Source: a virus (lineage: Duplodnaviria; Caudoviricetes). From it: a stretch of DNA of 64,000 bases. Shown piece by piece: positions 57,549 through 64,000 of the stretch. Below the pieces are notes generated by a model, which was given only the letters and a program-made list of their open reading frames with translations, was not told where the DNA came from and did no database searches. Location of the stretch: the IMG/VR virus record IMGVR_UViG_3300023053_000001, positions 128,001 to 192,000 of that record. One strand, 5' to 3'. Position 1 is the stretch's first letter; each line of letters begins with the position of its first letter. Made by a program: the position numbers and the translations under genes.

Positions 57549-58976
57549 ATGTTGACCCAAACCTCCATCAACGCGGCTGCGCCGCTGGCTGCGCTGCTGG
57601 CCGATAAGGGCATTGCCCTCATTCCCAAGGCCGGTACCCCGCTGGCTGCGCTGGTGATGTCCAGCCGTTACATGCTCGATGTGGGCGTGGCAATGGAAAG
57701 CCTGCCGGACCCGGCCGGTCAGACCATGACCGAATACGCCGCCGCCCTGCAGGCCTCTTCGGCCGAACCCCACGCCGACGGCGCGCAGGAACACGACATC
57801 CTGATGGAAACGGTCGTGAACAACCTGCGTACGGCGGTGAGCTTCACCCAGAATCTGGCACGCAACACCATCACCCCGATGGTGGACACCGTGGTCAAGG
57901 ATCTGGAAGGCTCGCTGGACAGCGCTGCGGCCACCGGCCTGCACCCGCTGAACATCGTCAGCCGCGACTACAGCAACTTCGCCCATCCGGCCATCGTGCA
58001 GGATCTGGCAGGCCAGTACGGTGAGATCCTCGCCGACCAGCTGCCGCTGACCCTGCGCATCCCGATGCCGGCCAACATCGCCGACTACCTGCTCACCGGT
58101 CAAGACGGTATCGACGGTGCCGTGGCTTCCTACGTGGAGTCCATCGGCGCTGAAGGCGTCAAGAGCCTGTGGGATCGCCTGTTCGGCGGTGAAGCCTCGA
58201 TCCTGACCCAGGTGGCCAACGAGCACAAGCCGGAAACCTACGGCGATGCCGCGCTGGCAATGATCATCGTGCGCAACCTGCAGCAGAACGCACCGGCTGG
58301 TCTGAACATGCCGCTGGAAGACCTCAACAGCTACCTGCTCACCATGCAGCAGCAGCTGGGTCGCATCCTGTTCAACATCCCCAAGCAGATCGACGCCGAT
58401 GTGGCCTCTGGCCGTCTGGTCATCCGCGCCCCGCGTGGTGTGGACGGTCGCGGTGACGTCATCGTCAACGGTCCGCTGTACCAGCAGTACCTGAGCAAGG
58501 GCGGCACGCCCGAAGCCATCTTCGGCGCGCTCAGCGACGGCAATGCGCCGGGTCTGGCTGAACTGCTGGAAAAGCAGGACACCTACACCCGTAGCTGGGG
58601 CCGTGCCAAGGAACAGCTGGTCAACCAGGAAGTGGAAGGTCGCTTCGGTACCATGAAGGGTGCCATCTCCCGCGCCGTGGGCCGCCTGATCGCCGAACTG
58701 CCCGAAGACCAGCTGGTCACCTCGCGCGAAGTGCTGCATCAGCGCCTGACCGAACAGCTCGAGGCCCTGCGTGGTCCGGACATGGAAGATCGCTACGGCA
58801 TGGTCCGTCGCGTGATCTGCCGTGCCGTGTTCCCGCACACCCAGGCTGAAGAACTGCTGTGCCTGATCGATGCCTCGGCCAAGGCCGATGGTGACGTCAG
58901 TGAAGCCGTGCTGACTGCGACCACCAACTACATCGTTGCCTGGGGCGCATCCCAGTTCGATCGCGTCTCGGTGTAA
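57549..58976 (+). CDS. phiKZ-like conserved protein (gp177 position; head morphogenesis cluster)
   Basis: Synteny between the beta gene and the protease; strong codon bias. Confidence 0.7.
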   Translation: MLTQTSINAAAPLAALLADKGIALIPKAGTPLAALVMSSRYMLDVGVAMESLPDPAGQTMTEYAAALQASSAEPHADGAQEHDILMETVVNNLRTAVSFTQNLARNTITPMVDTVVKDLEGSLDSAAATGLHPLNIVSRDYSNFAHPAIVQDLAGQYGEILADQLPLTLRIPMPANIADYLLTGQDGIDGAVASYVESIGAEGVKSLWDRLFGGEASILTQVANEHKPETYGDAALAMIIVRNLQQNAPAGLNMPLEDLNSYLLTMQQQLGRILFNIPKQIDADVASGRLVIRAPRGVDGRGDVIVNGPLYQQYLSKGGTPEAIFGALSDGNAPGLAELLEKQDTYTRSWGRAKEQLVNQEVEGRFGTMKGAISRAVGRLIAELPEDQLVTSREVLHQRLTEQLEALRGPDMEDRYGMVRRVICRAVFPHTQAEELLCLIDASAKADGDVSEAVLTATTNYIVAWGASQFDRVSV

Positions 58977-58982
58977 TCGCCC

Positions 58983-59708
58983 ATGGACCCGAAGAAGCTG
59001 ATTCGCGATCCTGTGAAGGTGCGTGCAGCGACCAAGGTCATGCCTGACAAGAGCGTAATGGCTCTGCGACAAGTCAAGATCTATATCCCGAAGCGATACG
59101 AAGAGAAGCAGCTTGCATTCATCGGTAGTGAGACGTACATCCTGGGCATTTACGCCATGGTGGTGGACGACACTCACTACGCGGTGAGCAAGATCAATGC
59201 GATGATGCGCATCTGCCCCTCCACGGTCAACACGGTGAAGATCGATCAGGACTCGTACTTGGAGTTTGTCTTTGACCCCGGATCGGTGGTGATTGCCACC
59301 ACCGATCTGAAGGTCTCAGATACGCTGGTCTACTCGATCTTTGATGAGTTCCAATCCAAGGGCAATGTGCCTTGGTACATCAACTACGATGACCGCACCC
59401 GACTGTTTGAGTCGGCTGACAAGCACGCTGGCGTCAGGCTGGCGGACAAGCACGCCATCTTGGCCATGGCCACCGCGGCCACTGAACGTGTTCGCGATGA
59501 CCGTACCAAGTTCTTCCGTCAGGCTGTAATGACGGAAGAAGACAAGCTGAGTATCGCCTCGGTCAACATCGCACTGCGCAGTATCACCCACGGTACGACC
59601 AACACCACGTCCAAGTTGGTGGGTTCGTACTGGAAGGATGGTCTGAACGCAGCGCTGGTGAATCCCTCGACCGAGACCGAGAAGATGGAAGAACTGTTGC
59701 GTCGCTAA
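58983..59708 (+). CDS. phiKZ-like conserved protein (gp176 position)
   Basis: Synteny directly upstream of the protease. Confidence 0.7.
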   Translation: MDPKKLIRDPVKVRAATKVMPDKSVMALRQVKIYIPKRYEEKQLAFIGSETYILGIYAMVVDDTHYAVSKINAMMRICPSTVNTVKIDQDSYLEFVFDPGSVVIATTDLKVSDTLVYSIFDEFQSKGNVPWYINYDDRTRLFESADKHAGVRLADKHAILAMATAATERVRDDRTKFFRQAVMTEEDKLSIASVNIALRSITHGTTNTTSKLVGSYWKDGLNAALVNPSTETEKMEELLRR

Positions 59709-59720
59709 AAGGCAAGGACA

Positions 59721-60521
59721 ATGAACGGCACTCGTATTGCTTCATATTCCAGCACGGCGCTGGCGGGTACCGGCAAGACCGGTATCCTCAAGCCCGATGC
59801 GAATAATTATTGGACCATGGTGGTTGGTGGTCTGAATGTTGAGAACAGCGTTGGTGACTTTTACCGTTACGAGCCGGCCAAACATCTGTTCGATGCGGAT
59901 TCTGCATTCCAGCGCCGAATCCGTGATGGTGCCCTGTACGGCGAATGCGGTCATCCCAAGATGCGTCCGGGTGAAAGCACCCGCGATTACATCGCCCGAT
60001 GCATGCAGGTGACCGAAGAGAACGTGGCTTGCCACTTCCGCCGGATCTACCTCGAACACGGTACGGTGCGTGATAAGCAGGGCCGTCCGGTCATTGCCAT
60101 CATGGCCGAACTGACCCCAGCCGGTCCGCACATGGCCGCGCTGCAGCGTGCACTGGAGAACCAGGATCAGAACGTGGCGTTCTCGATCCGTTCGTTCACC
60201 GAGAACACCGTCCAAGGCGGTCGCACGCTGAAGGATCTGAAAACCATCATCACCTTCGACTGGGTGCTCGAACCGGGCATCTCGGTAGCGAAGAAGTGGT
60301 TCGCGCCGGGTCTGGAGTCGTTCGGCTCCACCGACGTGGTACCGCCGATGCTGGAAGAGATCCGTCGCCAGCAGATGCAAATGCAGATGGCTGCAGGCTT
60401 TGAATCTGACACCCGCATGGTCGATGAAGTGACCTGTGCGCTGGGTTGGAAGATGAGCAGCGAAGGTCTGATGATCCCCGATCGTCAGCCGGTGGTTCGC
60501 CCGCCGTCGGCACGTTGGTAA
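59721..60521 (+). CDS. Prohead maturation protease (phiKZ gp175 / T4 gp21-like)
   Basis: ALYGECGHP (His), AFSIRS (Ser), ITFDWVLEPG (Asp) motifs. Confidence 0.88.
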   Translation: MNGTRIASYSSTALAGTGKTGILKPDANNYWTMVVGGLNVENSVGDFYRYEPAKHLFDADSAFQRRIRDGALYGECGHPKMRPGESTRDYIARCMQVTEENVACHFRRIYLEHGTVRDKQGRPVIAIMAELTPAGPHMAALQRALENQDQNVAFSIRSFTENTVQGGRTLKDLKTIITFDWVLEPGISVAKKWFAPGLESFGSTDVVPPMLEEIRRQQMQMQMAAGFESDTRMVDEVTCALGWKMSSEGLMIPDRQPVVRPPSARW

Positions 60522-60523
60522 GG

Positions 60524-60559
60524 CATACCGCCCCTCCCTTCACGGGGAGGGGTTTTATG
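60524..60559. terminator. CATA-stem-loop-TATG element 7
   Basis: CATACCGCCCCTCCC..GGGGAGGGGTTTTATG. Confidence 0.6.
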
Positions 60560-60598
60560 CCCATCGTATGTCTGTTCCATCCTACAACAAAGCCCATC

Positions 60599-61348
60599 AT
60601 GGACACCACTCCTGACACTTCGCTCCTTGAGAACTTCTTTTCTCTGCATGCACCGGATCTGCGTAAGAAGGTGCGTATCGTAACGCCGGCGATCCTGGGT
60701 CAGGAGCATTTGCTGCACATCAGCAAGGATGCCAACATCAAGGTGTTCACGCCCAATGTCACTCGCCGGGCGGCGCACAAAGAGGATCGCTCCGTGGCCC
60801 GTGTGTGCGTGGCCCCATCACTGGTGGCCTGCATGTACGGCTACTCGAGCATCCTGTGGGAATACGGTAACGATCTGAACCAGTCCTACTACTCAGGCGA
60901 TAAAACCGTCAAGTGGAATGGTGGCTGGACGATCTACGGCATTCCCTACAAGGTCGCCCTGTTCCCCAGCGAGCAGTTGGTGCCCCGTGGCCCGGACTCG
61001 GATGAACACTGGTTGGTCACCACCGACAAAGACACCTCGCATTTCAAGCCGGTGGTCTTTGGCGAGTTCTATCTGGAATCCTCCGTGCAGGTCCATGTGC
61101 GTGGTAAGAAGCAAACCACCGTGGAGATCTGGGTGAAGGTCACCCATCCCGATGGTCTGTTCCTGGACAAGCAGCATCACATCGCACCGGGCTGCTGGGT
61201 AGCGCGCGTTCGTGACTTTGACACCGCCAATGGCGTGGCTGGTCGCAACACGCTGGATTTGACCCAGATCAGTGAGAAGGAATACACCACTCGCCGTCAG
61301 CTTTCCCTCTCGGCTGAGTCGCGTCGACCCATCTCCGCCACATGGTGA
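60599..61348 (+). CDS. Hypothetical, possibly head-packaged protein
   Basis: Ends LSLSAESRRPISATW, similar to the protease end RPPSARW. Confidence 0.7.
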   Translation: MDTTPDTSLLENFFSLHAPDLRKKVRIVTPAILGQEHLLHISKDANIKVFTPNVTRRAAHKEDRSVARVCVAPSLVACMYGYSSILWEYGNDLNQSYYSGDKTVKWNGGWTIYGIPYKVALFPSEQLVPRGPDSDEHWLVTTDKDTSHFKPVVFGEFYLESSVQVHVRGKKQTTVEIWVKVTHPDGLFLDKQHHIAPGCWVARVRDFDTANGVAGRNTLDLTQISEKEYTTRRQLSLSAESRRPISATW

Positions 61349-61389
61349 CATAGCTCCTGCTCCCCTCACCGGGAGCAGGAGTTGTTATG
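61349..61389. terminator. CATA-stem-loop-TATG element 8
   Basis: CATAGCTCCTGCTCCC-CTCACC-GGGAGCAGGAGTTGTTATG. Confidence 0.65.
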
Positions 61390-61448
61390 CCGTTGGTAAT
61401 TTTTTCATCCACATATTACTCGTATGTACCCTCTAACGAGACACTGAC

Positions 61449-62837
61449 GTGATTGCTCACCTTGAAGCAACTGCCGCACAATTCATGGCGTTCACCAAAG
61501 AACACCCCGCAGTAGGCTTCGCCGTCTCGGCATGGGGTCTGGCGGTGCTGAGCTGGGCGCTGCGCGATATTCCCACGAAGGTGTTTGGATGGATCAAGCA
61601 CCAGAGCACCACGTATCTGGAAATCCACAACGAGAGTGTGGGTACCAACCAGCAGTCCTTCGACAACTTCTGCACGTGGCTGTTTGCCCAGCCCAGTGCG
61701 CGCTTCTCGCGCAGCCTGATGATGAATGGCGGCTGGCGTAACGAACAGCGCCGTAACGGCATGCGGGTGTACAGCAGCTGCACCTACGTTGGTCCCGGTG
61801 ACGGCACGCACTTCTTCTTCGTGGGCCGGCGGTTGTTCTGGGCCAAGGTGACCTCCATCCGTGAGGGTGCAATCAACGAGATCAAGCGCAGCATCATCGT
61901 CACCACCTTCGGTCGTAAACATGCACCGCTGCGTGAACTGGTGGACATGATCAGCTACAAGCCCGATCCGGAACGCATCATGCGTCACACCTACAGCAGT
62001 GAAGGCTGGCAGCACAACGGTGCCATTGCACGTCGTCCCATGTCCACGGTCCTGCTCAACAACGGACTGGCCGATGAAATCCTCGAGCGCATCCGTGAGT
62101 TCGAAGGCAGTCGGCAGTGGTATGAGGAACGCGGCATCTCCTACAAGCTGTCCTTGCTGTTCCATGGGCCGACCGGTACGGGTAAGACCAGTCTGGCCCG
62201 AGCGCTGGCTGGATTGCTGAACCGTTCCATCTACCAGTTCAATCTGGCCCTGATGACGGACACTTCGCTGGAGAAGGCAGTCTCTTCCATTCCCAGCGAT
62301 TCGATCCTGCTGGTGGAAGACTTCGATTCGGCCTCGGCCCTGCGTGCGCGCAAGAATATCCACAAGGGCGCCAAGTCCAAGAAGGCTCGCCCGGTCGCTG
62401 ATGCGCCTGTCGCGCCGTATGACTCTGAACAGCTCACTCCTGCGCCGCAGAGCGATCAGGGTATCGGCCAATCGCTGGCTGACCTGATGAGCCCCCTGAC
62501 GCTGTCCGGTGTCCTCAACAGCTTTGACGGCGTGGCCGGTCTGGATGGTTGCATCATCATCTTCTCGACCAATGCCATAGCCGACATCGATGAGACCATG
62601 CTGCGGCCGGGTCGTATCGATGAGAAGTACCTGATCGACCATCTCAACCATGAGTCGATCGTCAGCTACATCCAGCGCTTTGCGCCTGATGTTGCCATCC
62701 CTGCCGGAGAGTTCGATTCCATCTCCGGCGCCCAGCTGCAAGCGATCTTGTTGCGCAACCTGCGTAACTTGGATCAGTTCGTAGCTGAAATCCCGATGCT
62801 GTACCCACAATTGACTCAGGAGAAGAACGCAGCATGA
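61449..62837 (+). CDS. BCS1-like membrane-anchored AAA+ ATPase
   Basis: N-terminal TM, a BCS1_N-like region, then WYEERGISYKLSLLFHGPTGTGKTS (Walker A), LLVEDFD (Walker B), LSGVLNSFDG, FSTN, LRPGRID (second region of homology). Confidence 0.82.
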   Translation: MIAHLEATAAQFMAFTKEHPAVGFAVSAWGLAVLSWALRDIPTKVFGWIKHQSTTYLEIHNESVGTNQQSFDNFCTWLFAQPSARFSRSLMMNGGWRNEQRRNGMRVYSSCTYVGPGDGTHFFFVGRRLFWAKVTSIREGAINEIKRSIIVTTFGRKHAPLRELVDMISYKPDPERIMRHTYSSEGWQHNGAIARRPMSTVLLNNGLADEILERIREFEGSRQWYEERGISYKLSLLFHGPTGTGKTSLARALAGLLNRSIYQFNLALMTDTSLEKAVSSIPSDSILLVEDFDSASALRARKNIHKGAKSKKARPVADAPVAPYDSEQLTPAPQSDQGIGQSLADLMSPLTLSGVLNSFDGVAGLDGCIIIFSTNAIADIDETMLRPGRIDEKYLIDHLNHESIVSYIQRFAPDVAIPAGEFDSISGAQLQAILLRNLRNLDQFVAEIPMLYPQLTQEKNAA

Positions 62838-63181
62838 CTCGTACCGAGATTGTCGAGCTGTACATCAAGTACCGCGACCGTGTCCAGAAAGATGCCCACA
62901 CATCCACCTACCTCGGCCAGCTGGACCGTATCGACCGCCTCATCCAGAGCACCTCCGGCAAGCCGGATGTCAAGCTGCGTGACTACGGCCGACTGCTCAA
63001 GACCTACCTGCCGGAACTGACCGGCAAGCTGGGCTTGGTCACTGCCCATGGACACTTCCTCGTTGCCTGCCACCTGTACGACCAGGGCAACGACGTCCAG
63101 ATGGCTCTCAAGCGCGCCCGTACGGTCTACGAGACCAAACTGGCCACTCTGCCCGCTGCCCTGAACGGGTACGCCTCCTGA
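62834..63181 (+). CDS. Hypothetical protein
   Basis: ATGA overlap with the AAA+ gene; strong codon bias. Confidence 0.7.
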   Translation: MTRTEIVELYIKYRDRVQKDAHTSTYLGQLDRIDRLIQSTSGKPDVKLRDYGRLLKTYLPELTGKLGLVTAHGHFLVACHLYDQGNDVQMALKRARTVYETKLATLPAALNGYAS

Positions 63182-63194
63182 CGTCATACAAGCG

Positions 63195-63224
63195 CATACA
63201 GGCAGGTTCCCCCTGCCTGTTATG
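63195..63224. terminator. CATA-stem-loop-TATG element 9
   Basis: CATACAGGCAGG-TTCCC-CCTGCCTGTTATG. Confidence 0.6.
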
Positions 63225-63247
63225 CCCACTGCTGAAAAGGTAACGAC

Positions 63248-64000
63248 ATGTCCGACAAAGAAAAGATCAAGCTGCTGCAAGTCCCGGCCTTGGCGCCGAT
63301 CGCAGGTGGGGTCAATGACGAAGATCCCATCATGAACTTCCGCATGTGGTTGCGAGAGGTGGTCAGTGACTGCATCACCCCGCTGGAACTGCATCTGCAG
63401 ACGGTCGTGATCGATCCGGCTAACGATAGTCCGGAATACATCCAGGCCATCAGTGCAGCGCAGAATTTCATTACGGTCATCAAGACCGAAATGAAGGAAA
63501 TCGCCACCATCCAAAACAAGGCCATGTTCGCCGAAGCCTACAAGGACTTCCTGCAGGTGATCAACACGTACCGTGGGTCGGTCGAACAGGCTACTCAGAT
63601 CAACTTCGAGATCGTCGGGTTCAGCCCGGAGATTTACAACGTCAACGAAGTGCTCAACATCGCAGAGTACCATGGCAAGTTTGTCAAAGAACTGGATACC
63701 ATCTATCAGTCGGCGATAAGCCTGACCCATCAGTACGACGCCCGACTCCATCGCCATTTCTTCATTCTGGCCGATCTGGTGCGCTTCATCGCCACTCAGT
63801 TGATTCGAGCGCGCACGTCCAACAGCTACAAGCAGCTGCGACGCATCCGTCACGAGATCGACGGCGAACTGGCTGGCTTCCAGTATCAGTTGCGCGAGAT
63901 CGAATCCCCGCGCATGCCCGACGAAGATCAGACCGGCAAGATCCCGCCCGCGGTACTGGGCGTGGACTTTGCGCGCGGCTGGGTAATGCGTGAACTGCAG
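63248..64000 (+). CDS. Hypothetical protein, truncated by the window end
   Basis: ATG at 63248 after AAAGGT; my translation (MSDKEKIKLLQVP...) stays open to base 64000; absent from the ORF track. Confidence 0.75.
   Translation, partial: MSDKEKIKLLQVPALAPIAGGVNDEDPIMNFRMWLREVVSDCITPLELHLQTVVIDPANDSPEYIQAISAAQNFITVIKTEMKEIATIQNKAMFAEAYKDFLQVINTYRGSVEQATQINFEIVGFSPEIYNVNEVLNIAEYHGKFVKELDTIYQSAISLTHQYDARLHRHFFILADLVRFIATQLIRARTSNSYKQLRRIRHEIDGELAGFQYQLREIESPRMPDEDQTGKIPPAVLGVDFARGWVMRELQ

Noticed and set aside
52740-59177. 1276-aa and 624-aa - strand ORFs
   Set aside because: Antisense shadows of the RNAP beta and head-cluster genes
1-64000. Stop-codon recoding
   Set aside because: Recognisable proteins are full length under the standard code, and TAA, TGA and TAG all act as stops
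1-64000. Chimallin, PhuZ or major capsid genes
   Set aside because: No ORF could be assigned to them, so nucleus formation is inferred only from family membership

Overview
A 64-kb segment of a GC-rich phiKZ-like (Chimalliviridae-type) jumbo phage genome. The host cannot be determined from this window. The assignment rests on three split virion RNA polymerase subunits (beta N-part, beta C-part, and beta' with the DFDGD catalytic motif), a gp175-type prohead protease, a 2484-aa tape-measure-like protein, UvsX, RNase H, SbcC, RuvC and phiKZ-type structural genes in a familiar order. The left end is a host-recognition module: a long tail fibre with an S74 chaperone, two paralogous tip proteins, a fibre chaperone and two NPH-repeat fibres. 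One tRNA-Leu(CAA) is present. The most interesting items are: a GT2 glycosyltransferase translationally coupled to a virion protein carrying extra domains at both ends; a membrane-anchored BCS1-type AAA+ ATPase; two alternative fibre-tip adhesins; a NADAR-like protein; a GH19 domain in the tape measure; a family of CATA-stem-loop-TATG elements at every convergent gene junction; a candidate late-promoter motif; and a C-terminal motif shared by the protease and its downstream neighbour. All homology calls are from motif recognition, not database searches. phiKZ gp numbers are recalled equivalents.
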